Source: Cyanophora paradoxa CCMP329 (lineage: Eukaryota > Plantae > Glaucophyta). From it: a DNA stretch of 64,000 nucleotides. Made by a program: the position numbers and the translations under genes. The notes beneath the pieces are model-generated. The model ran no database searches. It had not been told where the DNA came from and saw only the letters and a list, made by a program, of their open reading frames with translations. Within the stretch, counting starts at the first letter, position 1. Each line of letters starts with the position of its first letter. The DNA is taken from assembly GCA_004431415.1 (NCBI GenBank), contig QPMI01000158.1:1-64000 (forward strand), given 5' to 3'. This document shows positions 40,701 through 53,684 of the stretch, one piece after another.

Positions 40701-43700
40701 AGGTGAGGTGGGCGGGCCGCTGGGGGCCAGCTGGCCGCCTGGGGGGGCGCTGGGGGCTCGGGCGGTGGGCAGCGAGAGGAGGGATGCCGCTAGACGCGAT
40801 TTGAAGGTGAAAAGGCAGTGGAGAGCACTAGGCGTGCCCGCAGAGGCAGGCGGTGTCCCCTCTAGCCGTCCCGGAGAGCGCGAAGCGCGCAAACACGGAC
40901 CGTGGCCTGGTCGGTTCCCCGAGAGAGGGATGCCGCTAGACGCTGGACGGCGCTAGGTGCCGCAGGGCGGCCAGGGCTGCCCAAGAGGCCAGGCCCGAGC
41001 CGAGATCCACCGGGGGCGGGGCCCTCCGCCCCTCTGCGCCCCCGCCCCCCCTCGACCTCGCCCCGCCCCGCCCCGCCCCGCGCAGGTGATGAAGGACCAC
41101 GTCTTCCTCGGCATGGCCGCCCTGCGCAGCCAGGTCGGATCAGATCTGATCTGAGCGTTCTGATCTGAGCGATCCGATCCGATCTGACTTTGTTCGCAGC
41201 CGAAGCGGGAGGCGTCGAGCTCGCTGGTGGAGCAGCTGCGCGGGGCCGGCATCCGCTTCATCTTCTTCTCCCCGGGCCACGAGCGCGCCGTCCGCGTGCG
41301 TGCCCCCCCGCCCCCACCCCGCCTCCGCCTCGCCCCGCCCCCTGCCCCGCCCCGCCCCGCCCCGCTCCTGCAAGTTAGCGAGTTAGCTCAGGAAACGCCC
41401 CCTCCCGGCTCACCTCCGCCCCGCCCTCCGCGCAGTCCTTCGGGGCGAAGCTGGGCCTCGAGACGGACTGGAACTGCTGCATCAACCTGCGGGACCCCGA
41501 GCCGGGCGCCGCCCCCGCCCCCGTCTACCGCGACGGACTCGGCCTCGGTGCGCGCGCGCGCGCTTCGGGGCGGGGCGGGGCGGGGCGGGGCGGGGCGAGA
41601 AAGCTAAGGGCCGAGGTCCAAGGCTGAGGGCCAGAGATAGGTAGATAGCTTGGGCTAGGTAGTCTAGCCTAGGAGGGGGAGCGCTCAGGGCTCAGGCTAG
41701 ACAGATTCCCCGTTTGACCCCCGTCTGACCGCCTTTCATCCTCGCGCGATTTCCGGGCCTGCTCTGAGCCGGTGGGATCGAGCGAGAAAGGGAAGGAGTG
41801 GGCGGGGGGCGCGCTCCCCATTCTGACCGCCTGTCCTCGCAGGGCCCCTCATGAAGCGGTCGCCCCAGGCCTCCGGCGGCGCCCGCCTCGTTGGCGAAGG
41901 CGGCGGCGCCGGGGCCGACGGCGCCGGAGGAGGCGCAGAAGCCGGGGCCGACGGCGGCGGCGGCGGCGAGGGGCGGGACGGGGGCGGAGATCGCGCCGGC
42001 ACGCCCCTGGGGCGCTCCTCCTACGACGAGGGATCCGTCCGCGGCGGTACGCGCAATCCCTTGGCTGTAGATCTAGAGCGCAGCAGTCGGTCTCAAGCTC
42101 ACTCACACGCACTCTCAAGCTTCTATAAGAAGGAGCCTTAAGAGCGCGAACAGCACTTAGAGGATATAAGAGCAGATAATCTCAAGAGAGAATATATCTC
42201 ACTCCCCCCTCCTGCGGCAGGGACGGCGCACGGGCCCTCCGGGGACGGGGCCGGAGACCGCGGCGGCGGGGGCGGGGCGGGCGAGGGGGACCCGGACCCG
42301 CACCTCCTCGGGCAGCCGATGACCAAGCTCCCCTACGGCATCTCCGCCGTGCGTCCGGCCGGCCCCTCCCTGACTTACTTCCTTAGCGAACGGAGGCTTG
42401 GGAGGCTAGGCTTGTTTGGACGTGAACGTGGGCGTCGCTAGTCGCCCCCCCCCCCCCCCCCCCCCCTCGGCTCTCGGCCCTCGCCCAACTCGAGCTGACC
42501 CAGCTGACCCCTCTCCTCCCCCGCCCGCCGCCCCGCGCAGGTGCGGCCGCACATCGCGCAGGTGGACAACGTGCCGCTCCTCGTCTCCCTCTTCTCCGAC
42601 GCCGCGCCCGACGCCACCCGCGAGATGGTGCGGGGGCGCCCCCGCCCCTTGAACTCCGGACGCCCATAGACGAGAAACCATAGACGGCCGGGAAACCATA
42701 GGGGGGGCGCCCCCCTCCCTCCTTCTCGCCAGCTCACGCCCCGCCCCCTCCCCCTCCTCCGCCAGATCGGGATCCTGCAGGAGCACGGGGAGGTGGTCCT
42801 CTGCATCGGCTCCTCCGCCAACGTCCACAACGCCGCCGCCTTCGCCCAGGCGAGCCAGGGCCCCGTCAGGGCCGGGGCCGGGGCCGGGGCCGGGGCCAAG
42901 GCCGGGGCTCCCCGTTGCTAGCGCTTCTCAATCCGTCCGCGGCCCTAGACGCCGCCGCCTTCGCCCAGGCGAGCCGGCGTCCTTGGTTCTGCCAGCTGGT
43001 CTTCCGAGGGCTTCCTCGCCTATGCTCCGCCTCTCGCCCGCCGCCGCCGCTCACGCGCGCCCGCGGCGCAGTCGGACGTGGCGGCGGCGATCGACCCCGT
43101 GCCGCCCTACGTCTGCGTCCGCGGCGACCGCGTCCGCCCCGCCCCGGGCCCGGTAGACCCTCTCTCCCTCCTCCTCCTCCTCCTCCTCCTCCTTCTTATG
43201 CTTTGCAGGGGGACGGGTTCGGCGGCGGCGGGCAGCGCGCCGCCCAGGCCGGCGAGGCCTCGCCCGGGCCGGCGCGGGCGACCCGCCGCGCCGGCGGCGC
43301 AGGCGGGGCGCCGCCGCCGCGCGCTGGCGCGTCGCCGCGTTCGGGCGCGACACGACGGGCGCCCGCCTCGGGGCGCGCCTCGCGGCCGCCGCGCGGCGGC
43401 TCTTCGGAGCCGGGCGCCGCAGCGGCAGCAAGCGCCTCACCGTCTCCGCCTCCGCTCCTCCGTCCACCGGACGCCCCCCGGGCACCGCCTCCGCTCCGGC
43501 GGGGCCAGCCGCTCGCCCCCGCACCGCGCCTCTTCCGCGCAGCAGCAGCGCGCCGCGGGCGCCGCCGCCGGCGGCGGGGCCGCCGGAGGCGACGCGGCGC
43601 TGGCGGCGGCCCCGCGGGGGCGCTCTGCAGTGGGAGGGCGGGGACGTCTGCGCCGCCCGCGTGTCCGCCCTCTACCCCCCCCCCCCCTCCACCCCCACCA

Positions 43701-46700
43701 CCCCTCTTACCCTTTTCTCCTCAGGACGCGGGTGGAGGAGTTCGGGCGGGCGCTGAGCACGCTGGCGTGCCCCCTCCTCATGCGCCGCGACACCAACCTC
43801 TCCGAGGCCCGCCCCCCGCGCCCGCCCCCGCCGCGCTCTAACTAACAGGCGACTTCATATCTTTCATCTTATCCGCCCCGCAGGTGCTGGACCTGCTTGC
43901 GGAGGGCCGGCGCCTCCTCAACAACACGCGCCAGGCCCTGCTCCTCTTCCTCGCCGCCCACCTCCAGGCGCCGCCCCGCCCTTCCTCCCCTCCCCTCTCC
44001 TCTCTCCTCACACCTCCCGCCAGCTCTTCTTCGTGGTGCTGGCCTCGCAGTGCCTCCTCTTCCCCGCCATCTACACCGGCTACCAGGCGCGCGAGCCCCC
44101 GCCCCCGCCCCCGCCCCCGCCCCCGCCCCGAGCCCAGCCCGGCCCTGCGCTCCGCTGTACCCCGCTCCGCTGAGGCCTTGCCGCCGAGCCGCCGCCCCTT
44201 TCTACTAAGCCACCTCCTACTCAGATCCTGTGGCTCGAGCTCGTGCAGTTCCCGCTCCTCGCCGCCTCCCTCCTCGCGTGCCCCATGGAGCAGAACATCA
44301 TGTGCGCCCATCCCCAGGCCCGGAGCCGGGCCCGGAGCCCGGCCGGCCGGAGCCCGAGCCCGAGCTCGGCTCGGCTCGGCTCGGCCAGGGCTTGAGCTTG
44401 GATCGGCTCGGCCCCGACCCTCGCTCGGGCTCCTGGCCTCTCCCGCGGCCCGCGCTGACGACGCTCGGCTGCACTGCTTTTCCCCAGGCGGCGGATGGCG
44501 GACAAGAACAGCAGCGACCTGGCGCACTGGCGCCGCTACGCCGCCTACTTCGCCGCACGTGCGCACCCGCCCCGCCCCGCCCCCGCCCCCGCCCCCGCCC
44601 CCGCCCCGGGGGCTCTCCAGCTCGTTATCTCGTTCGAGAGAGAGCGGGGCCGTTTGGCGCTCGATTCGGGGGTGGAATCGTGTCATATCTGACGGAGGAG
44701 GCCCTCCCCGAGCGCTCTCGAAGCCCTCCTCCTCCCCCTCTTCTTCTAGGAACGAGGGCTCGCGCCCGACGTTTTCATTGTGTTTTTTAGCGGGCCCGCT
44801 CGGTGCTCGATTCCTATGTGACGGAGGCGGCGCCCCGGCCTCCGCCCGCAGGGTGCCTCCCGCCGGCGTGCCTCGTGCTCTTCGCCTTCGCGTGGGCCCT
44901 CGCCGGATCGGGTGGGCCCGCCGCCGCCGCCCCCGTCTGGGGCGCCGGCTTCGACCGCTCCGCGGGGCAGGGCGCGCCCCCATCCCCGCCCCTCCTCCTC
45001 CGCCCCGCCCGCCCTCCCCTCTGACGCCGTACCCCCCAGGGGAGCTGGGGTACCAGTGGGGCCTGCTGCGCGCGCAGAACGCCGCCCTCTTCTACCACGT
45101 CGTCTACCTCGCGGTACCCCCCCCCCCCCCCCGCCTCCCCTGCCCGGCGCGGGTCTTGGCCGGCCTTCGCGGGGTCCTTGGATGGCCTAGATCCTAGGAT
45201 GAACGAGCCTCGGCGCTAGCAGGCTCTAGGCAGGCGTGGGAGGCGTGGGCTATAGCCTAGCCTAGCCTAGCCTAGCCTAGCCCAGCTTCGCCTTCGCCTT
45301 CGCCGCCGGGCGGGGCTGACCCCGTCGGCAGGTGGCGTCGGCCTCGTTCCAGCACCGGACGGCCTCCCTGCGCGAGGTCCGCCCCCGCCCCCGCCCCCGC
45401 CCCCGCCCCTGCCGCGAGCCAGAGGCTGCGGGCTAGGGCGCGGGGCTAGGCTGGGCCAGCCAGGTCCAGGATGAGGGCCAGGGCCAGTGCCTCCCTAGAC
45501 GGCCCAGCGAGGCCCCCGCCGCGAGCCAGGCTGCGGGTCAAGGCGGGGGGCTTGACCGGGCTATCTAGGCTAGCTAGGGCTAGCTAGGGCTATGTTAGAC
45601 TGGGCTAGGGGCTAGGGCTAGGGCTGCGGGGCTCCGCCAGGCCCCCGAGGCCCCTAGGCTCCCGTCTGGGCCCGCTAGGCCTTCTAGACTGTCTATAGAC
45701 TAGGCTCCGAGGCTCCCGCCTAAGGCGCTTATATAATTAGGCTCCCGCCTAAGAAGCTGAGGCCGTTTACAATGGGCCTAAGAAGCCTAAGCGCTTAGGC
45801 TTTCGCCTGGGTCCGGGTAGGCCTCATGGATTGTAGACGGCCTCCGCTTCTTTCCCCGCGAGCCAGGATTCCTAATACATCGCCCCTCACTCGCTTTCTC
45901 GCGTCCGCTTCTTGGATACATCCCCTCCCTTCTTCGATCGTAGATTCTGCTTCTTATCCCGGCTCGCGGGTCCCTCTCTGGGGTCGTAGCACGTTCTCCC
46001 CCCGCTCGCTCGCTCGCTTGCTCACTTCTCCCCGGCTCGGCAGGTCCGGCCGCACCGGAATCGAGTCTGGCTCGTCTCCGCCCCGCTGTCCATACTCCTC
46101 CAGGCGAGCCAGCGAGCGCCCCCGCCCCGCGGGGCCGGGGGGAGGGCGGGGGCGCCTGGAGAGGAGGGGGGGAGCTCGAGGGCGGGGGTTACCGTCCATC
46201 CAGACCAGCGAGCCAGCGACCCCGCGCTCCCCCCGGCCCCGCCAAGCAGAGCTGAAGCGGGGCCCCTAGATCCCCTTGGAACGGCGCCCAGCGCCCCACC
46301 CTACCCCGCCCTTCCCCGCCCCGCTCTGCCCCGCAATGCGCCTTAGAGATGCCAAGGCCCCCTATTTGATTAGAGGCACCAGGGCTCCAGCTCCAGCTCA
46401 CGCCCCGGCTCGGGCTCGGGCTCAACTCCACCTTTCCTATTAAACGCTGCGGCGGGCTCCATCTCCAGCTCCAGCTCGCCTGCTCGCTCGCTCACGCCCG
46501 CCCGCGCCTCCGACGCGCAGTGCGCCTTCTACGCGGTGTCGGTCGCCGGCGCCGGGCCCCCGCCCTGGGCGCCCCCCGGCGACCCCTGGTCCTACCTCCC
46601 GGGGCCACCCGTCACCTGGTCTGCACGACGCCCCTACCCCCGTTTCTCCCCCCTCCTCCCTTCCTTACGTTCGGGCAGGTGGGGCGCGGCACTGCTGATG

Positions 46701-47339
46701 GGCCTCGCGGCGCCGGCGGCATTTGTCGCACTCGACGAGCTCGCAAAGCGGCACGACCGCCGGGTCCGCTTTCCCTGCCCCCGGCCCTAGTCCCAACCCA
46801 TACCCAGAAGCCCGGCTTAGAGAGAATTCTGAGCCCAATCCTTAGCTTCCCCTGCCCCCGGGCTAGAAGCTCAACTTAGCGAGGAGCCCAGAAGCCAAGC
46901 CTAGGACAGAACTACGGCTAGCCAACCTAGCGAGGAGCCCAGAAGCCAAGCCCCTCCCCCCCGCCCCCCCCCCAAAAAGAAAACCCGCTGGGACCGGCCG
47001 CCGGCTCCAGACGTCTGAGCCGAGAACCATGGGGCCTGGCCAGGTAGATCTCCCTTGATTCGTAGACCGCCGGGTCCGCCCCGGCTTGGCCCGCCCCGCC
47101 CTTCCCTGGGATTCCCCGCCCCCCCCCCCCCCCCCCCCCCCGATTCTTTCCTCCCCCCCAAAAAAATCCCCCTCTAGCTGGGACCGCTGGGACCGGCCGC
47201 CGGCTCCAAGCCGTAGAGCCGAGGCCGCCGTCTCCCCGGCTCACTCGTACCCCCCGGGCAGCGGCTGGACCGGTACAACAGGAAGCTCTGGCTCGAGTTC
47301 AACACGAAGCTCGGCATGCACTCCCCGCTCCGCGACTAG
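34709..47339 (+). CDS. TMEM94: TMEM94 (KIAA0195)-like P-type ATPase-related membrane protein, many exons
   Basis: Motifs resembling TMEM94 as recalled: VPANMLANGDLI, AVCCVDKEGVLS, WKQHMGSLKPLGL, CGSFWDGEEIREL, VFLGMAALRSQ..GIRFIFFS, LGLETDWNCCINL, KLPYGISAVRPHIAQVDNVPLLVSLF, EFNTKLGMHSP*. Confidence 0.9.
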
Positions 47340-47958
47340 CGCAGGCGGCAGCACGCGGCCGCCGCCGCTGGGGCCCTCCCGCCCTTGAAGCGAATGCATT
47401 GCGCCCGCGGCGATGCTTGAAGATTGAATGCACAATCATCCCGAGTTGGAGTGATCATGATTCATGAGCTCGAGTCTCTGTTTTTGTGCAGTCTAGATCT
47501 CGAGCTCGATCTTGCGGCCACGGTCATCGAATTCAACTGAAAACGCCGTGGGTGACGTGGTAATTAACTTCAATTAGCAAGCAAATATTGATTAAAGTAC
47601 TAGTACTACTACGGTACTGTACATTTGCATGCTAGGATTCATGTGCACGCTCGAGAGATCTAGATCGATCGGGCGAGTCACTGAGTGGCCAATGGGGGTG
47701 TTCATCATGATCATCTGCATGATCATGATCAGGCAATTCAGACAATTCTCGTTCCGTGCCAAGCTTAAGTGCCGAGTCGACTCAGAGCGAATTGAGGAAT
47801 TGAATGATCACTTGTCACTTCATCATCAAGTTCACCTATCAAGTTAAATGTAGCTATATATGTGGCTTATCAAGCTTAAGTTATATGTAGCTAAGCGAAC
47901 ACGGTGATCGAATTCAATTAAAGACGTCGACCTCCAAGCTCCGAGCTCCGAGCTGGAC

Positions 47959-48580
47959 CGTGCAAATGACAATTAGCAAGCAAATTAAAGCCTTGAAGTA
48001 CGGTGCGTGATAGGATTCATGAGATCAGTATCATCTGTGCATCTATAATAGGTATTCATCGAGTTGGGTATACGTATTCAAGTATTCTTCACTAAATATT
48101 CGTATAGAGATTCATCAAGTTATATGTGGCTTAGCGATTACATACATATGCATACTATGATAAATGGCAATCATTGAATGCAAAGCAACTGCACATACAG
48201 CTGGCAAAGTTAATGCATCTAACTTCATCACTCATATGCATTGAATGCAAAGCAACTGCACACGAAACGTTAACTGGCAAAGCTAATTCATCTAACGTAA
48301 TCACTGCACATGCAATCAAATACCGTATACGTAGCTATGTATAGTACTGCATGTAGAGACACACATCGATATCGCGATCGATATCGTCTGCACGATCGCG
48401 ATCGATATTCTGGCAAGCATCGCTAACGTAATAAAAACTGCATGCGTATACAAACATGCATCCGTACGCGTGCAGAGGCTAATTAACACGGTTCGACGAG
48501 AAGGTGGAACGCTCAACATGGACACAGCTGCAGCTGCCAGGCTGCAGCTGCCGCAAAATGGATCAGGACCCTACGTATAC

Positions 48581-48611
<31 letters not shown>

Positions 48612-49495
48612 GGTGCGACAAAATTCGATCGCGGCGGGCCGGGCGCGCGCGCCCTAGGCCTCGCACGAACGGGATAATTTAAGCGAAAGGGAAATTAAAA
48701 GTCGAAAAATCAAAGAGATGGCGCGGGCAATTAAAAAGAAAGGCGCCTGCACATCGCATTCAATGATTGCCATTTATCATAGTATGCATATGTATGTAAT
48801 CGCTAAGCCACATATAACTTGATGAATCTCTATACGAATATTTAGTGAAGAATACTTGAATACGTATACCCAACGTGCAAATGACAATTAGCAAGCAAAT
48901 TAAAGCCTTGAAGTACGGTGCGTGATAGGATTCATGAGATCAGTATCATCTGTGCATCTATAATAGGTATTCATCGAGTTGGGTATACGTATTCAAGTAT
49001 TCTTCACTAAATATTCGTATAGAGATTCATCAAGTTATATGTGGCTTAGCGATTACATACATATGCATACTATGATAAATGGCAATCATTGAATGCAAAG
49101 CAACTGCACATACAGCTGGCAAAGTTAATGCATCTAACTTCATCACTCATATGCATTGAATGCAAAGCAACTGCACACGAAACGTTAACTGGCAAAGCTA
49201 ATTCATCTAACGTAATCACTGCACATGCAATCAAATACCGTATACGTAGCTATGTATAGTACTGCATGTAGAGACACACATCGATATCGCGATCGATATC
49301 GTCTGCACGATCGCGATCGATATTCTGGCAAGCATCGCTAACGTAATAAAAACTGCATGCGTATACAAACATGCATCCGTACGCGTGCAGAGGCTAATTA
49401 ACACGGTTCGACGAGAAGGTGGAACGCTCAACATGGACACAGCTGCAGCTGCCAGGCTGCAGCTGCCGCAAAATGGATCAGGACCCTACGTATAC

Positions 49496-49526
<31 letters not shown>

Positions 49527-49671
49527 GGTGCGACAAAATTCGATCGCGGCGGGCCGGGCGCGCGCGCCCTAGGCCTCGCACGAACGGGATAATTTAAGCG
49601 AAAGGGAAATTAAAAGTCGAAAAATCAAAGAGATGGCGCGGGCAATTAAAAAGAAAGGCGCCTGCACATCG
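47959..49671. repeat. Near-identical ~798-bp direct duplication (47959-48756, 48874-49671) with an inverted ~119-bp insert between the copies
   Basis: Offset 915 bp, identical ORF calls in both copies; 48756-48874 is the reverse complement of 48063-48181 / 48978-49096. Confidence 0.93.
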
Positions 49672-49738
49672 TGACATGTACATGTGTGGGATCCGGATCC
49701 GGATGGCCAGTCCGCATGCGCAGTCGCCGCAGCGCGGC

Positions 49739-51007
49739 TCAGAAAAACGAGTCGAGGCTGCGGACCACCTTCGGCCGGGGAATCGGGAGGGGCATCGAGC
49801 GGGTGAGCGAGGGCCGGAAGGAGCCGAGGAGCGGCGCCGGCGAGGCGCGCGCGCGCTCGCTCTCTGGATCCGAGCCCGAGCCGCGGCGGGCGGCGGAGGC
49901 GCTCCGCGGCTTGCAGCGGTAGTCGCGGTCGTACTCCTCTTCGGACTCGGCATCGGAGTCTGAAGACGAGGCGGATCCGCGGCGGCCGCCGAGCCTCGCG
50001 GCCAGGGCGAGCAGGGGCGAGACGCTCGCCGTCGGGCGCTCCGACTCCTCCTCGCCGCTCGACTCCTCCTCCTCCAGCTCGATCCAGAAGACCGCTGCGG
50101 CGAAATACCAAGTCAGACTGGCAGCGGCGCGCGCAGAATTATATATCGGGGGGGGGAGAGGAGGGGGATGGGGAGGGGGGGGGAGGCGGACCCGAGTATG
50201 CAGGGCAGGAGGCGGGGATGCTGCTCCGAGGGTGGGAGGCGGAGTTGCAGGGCGGGGGCAGGCTCAGGTCCTCCGGGAAGTGGCTGGGGCGGCTGGGCGC
50301 CGCCTCCGCCGACTTGGACTGGCCATGGCTCGCCCTCCGGTTCGCGATCGACTGCGAGGGCGCCCGCGGCCGCAGCAGCGGGGCCCCGACGGCGGCCGTC
50401 GGGTGCGGCCCGTCGACGGGCGTCGAGATCGCCCGGGGGGACGTCGCCGTCTGAACATAGAAAATCAGAAAATGACTACAACCGCGGAATGGTGTGACTG
50501 TACATGTAATTTTTCATAACCGCCCACCGTGGAATGGGAAGGCGACCGCGAGGGGGTGGCGCATGCGCAGTCGTCGTCGGCAGACGCCGCCGGACAGGCG
50601 AGCTCCGCGTGGGCGACGTCCCTCAGGGTCAGCGAGCTCGGGGGCGTCTTGACGTGCGGCGCGTCGAGGCACAGGTCGTGCATCCGAACGCCGGCGTCGA
50701 AGTCGTATGCGTCTGCGGCGGCAATGGGGAACTTCATGGTCAGACATCGGTTTAAAGACACGAGTGGATCCGGATTATAATTAATATTGAAGACTGGGAT
50801 AATTGGCCTGGCCAGAGCGCTAGCCTAGGCCTCCTGACGTCGACGTTTAGATCTGTGATAAAGCGCCGGCGTCCCCCGCATTTCGGCTGGGCCGGGCGGG
50901 AGCGCACCCGAATCACAATCAGCATACGCGTCGTCGCAGACGCGCAGGCTCTTCGGATTCAGACGCCGAAATTCTTCCGCCGTACGGGCGAGAGTGCGGC
51001 AGGCCAT
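49739..51007 (-). pseudogene. Orphan intron-containing gene, copy 1 (disrupted by indels)
   Basis: MACRTLA..RRLNPKSLRVCDDAYADCDS...AVFWIELEEEE...LDSFF*; homologous to copies at 53.7-54.8 kb and 58.5-59.2 kb. Confidence 0.6.
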
Positions 51008-51959
51008 CGCTCTGGTTTGGCAGTTGAGTAGCGACCGCAGCTGGGGGAAGACCGGTTGTTGTCGTGCGGAACTGGCACGAATTCGAACGCCGCGCGCGTA
51101 TTGAGCTGAGGCGACTGAGCTGCGGCCTGCAGGCCTAGGTGTGGATGCGAGCGTACGCGTCTCGCTGCGGTTGCGAAACTTGGATGAGCTCGCCTCTGCC
51201 GCAGTGCTCTCTGCAACTGCTTCTCAGCCTGGCAGAGTCTTCTTCTAGATCTGTTGCTGCTGCTTCTGTAGCTGCGCGTGCGGCGTGCCCCCCGCCCCTA
51301 CTAGGCTAGCTCCACTGGCCAGCCTCCAGAGGCTCCAGCTGACTCAGTGAGAGGGCCGGCGGGCCGGCGCCTCAGGCTGCTCAGCTCAGCGAGAGCGTTG
51401 AACGAAATTGGGCCCAATTTGGGCCCCAATTTTGGGGGCCCAGGCCTGAGCTACCCGGTAGCTATAGGCTATAGCCTAGCTATAGCTAGTAGGCTAGTAG
51501 TAGCCTGAGCTAAGTATCCGATCCGAATCATCCGATCCGGCGACTCCGATATCGATCCGAGGTCGAGACCGTCAGACTCCGAGTCCGGCCGCGTCCGGCG
51601 ACTCGGCCGCGAGTCGGGGCCGACTCGGCGGCGAGCTCGAGTCGCCGGCGACTCGGCGAGTCGGCGGCGACGGCCGGCGGCGGCGGCGGCCGCCGGCGCC
51701 GGGCCGGCGCCGGCCGCCCACGCCGCGGGCCACGTGCACGCGTACGGCGCCCAGGCGGCCCAGCGCAATGAGCGCATTCATGATCAGATCATATGCATAA
51801 TCATGATCACGTGCACCACATTAATATTGTGATTGTAAGTTTGGCCAGTCCGACGGTCGTCCAGCAACTTGCTGGCAAAACGCCGCGCCACGTCACGGCG
51901 TACTACGGTACGCGTGCCCAGGCGCCGGCCGGCGGCCGCGGGCTCGGTGCCTGCCCCAT

Positions 51960-53151
51960 CGCTCCCCCACGCACCGAGCCTCCTCGTCGGCGAGTCGTCG
52001 CAGCAGCAGCGCGCCGCCGGCGCCGGCGCCGGGGCCGGGGCCCGGGGCCGCCGGATCCGGAGGCGACGCGGGGGACGCGGGGCGCCCCGCAGGGCCGCAG
52101 TGGGAGGGCGGGAACGTCTGCGCCTCCCGCGTGTCCGATCCTCTACCCCCCCCCCCCCCCCCCCTCCCCTCTAGATCTTCGGCCTCTTACCCTTCGAATT
52201 CCCTCCTCAGGACGCGGGTCGAGGAGTTCGGGCGGGCCCGGGCGCTGAGCACGCTGGCGTGCCCCCTCCTCATGCGCCGCGACACCAACCTTTCCGAGGC
52301 CCGCCCCCCCGCGCCCGCCCCCGCCGCGCTCTAACTAACACGCGACTTCTCATCTTTCATCTTATCCGCCCCGCAGGTGCTGGACCTGCTTGCGGAGGGG
52401 CGGCGCCTCCTCAACAACACGCGCCAGGCCCTGGCCTGCTCCTCTTCCTCCCCGCCCACCTCCATGCAGGCGCCGCCCCGCCCCTCCTCCTTCCTCCCCT
52501 TCCTTCCTCACGCCTCCCGCCAGCTCTTCTTCGTGGTGCTGGCCTCGCAGTGCCTCCTCTTCCCCGGGCCCGCCATCTACACCGGCTACGTATAATATAC
52601 CATGGCCATGCAGGCGCTGCGCATGCCCCTCCCGCCCCGGCCCTGCCCCTCCCCGAACCCAGCCTGCCGGGCCTTCCCTCCCCGCACGTCCCGCCCCTCC
52701 ACGAGCCCAGCCCAGCGCTAGCCCAGCCTGGCCCTACTAAGCCGAGCTCGATCAGATCCTGTCACAGCGTGGCTCGCGATCGAGCTCGTGCAGTTCCCGT
52801 TGCTCGCCGCCTCCCTAGGCCTCCTCGCGCCCCTAGGCCTGCCCCATATGCATGGAGCAGAAAATCATGATCATGATCATGTGCGTGCAGTCCCCGCGGC
52901 CCGCCCCGGCCCGCGCGCGGCCGGCCCCCGGCCCCACCCGCTCCCCCCACCCGTAGCCCGGCCGGAGCCCGCGCTGCCAGCTGCAGCTGCAGCTCGCGAT
53001 CGGCCACGTCGGCCCGGCAGGGCTTGGATTGGCTGGGCTTAAGCTTGGCCCGGTTCGGCCTTGACCTTGGCCTCTCCCGCGGCACGCGCTGACGACGCTC
53101 GGCTGGACCGGTATACCCTCCGGGATCCCTCCCCAGGCGGCGGATGGCGGA
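51960..53151 (+). pseudogene. Degenerate partial duplicate of TMEM94 exons (source ~43500-44500)
   Basis: TRVEEFGRA..LSTLACPLLMRRDTNLSE, VLDLLAEGRRLLNNTRQAL, LFFVVLASQCLLFP with frameshifting insertions. Confidence 0.85.
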
Positions 53152-53684
53152 TCTCGTTTTGAATCGAATCGAGGAATTGGTCACTTCAATTCATCATCAT
53201 CAAGTTCACTTGCATATATATATATATATACGTATACCTATACATATAGGTCTTCATCCAAGTTATATATTCACCAAAAACAATTATGTATACGTAGCGC
53301 TAGCTTAGCTATAGCGATTACGTATACATATGCATAATTATAAATGGCAATCATTGAATGCAAAGCAACTAGTGTACTGCACATGGAAAAAAGCTAATGC
53401 ATCTAATTTAATCACTGCACATGCAATCAACTACCGTAGCACTGCTTAGTATGGATCTGCTCGATACACTGCAAAAACTGCGTACAGATCGTTCGCACGA
53501 TCGCGATCGATATCCTCGCCAGCATCGCTAACGTAATGAAAACTGCACACGTATACATGTAGACAAACAAGCATTCGTGCATATCTAGAGGCTAACATGG
53601 TTCACGAGAAAGTGGAACGCGCAACAGTGATCATGACACAGCTGCAGCTGCCGCAAAACGGATCCGGACCCTACGTATACGAGA

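Noticed and set aside
45560-45640. CTAGGG telomere-like repeats in a TMEM94 intron
   Set aside because: Short, degenerate and part of a general CTAG-rich low-complexity intron.
48316-49597. Duplicated small ORFs of 69-70 aa
   Set aside because: They lie in duplicated noncoding flank, include a translated (GA)n tract, and frames are not conserved in the diverged copies.
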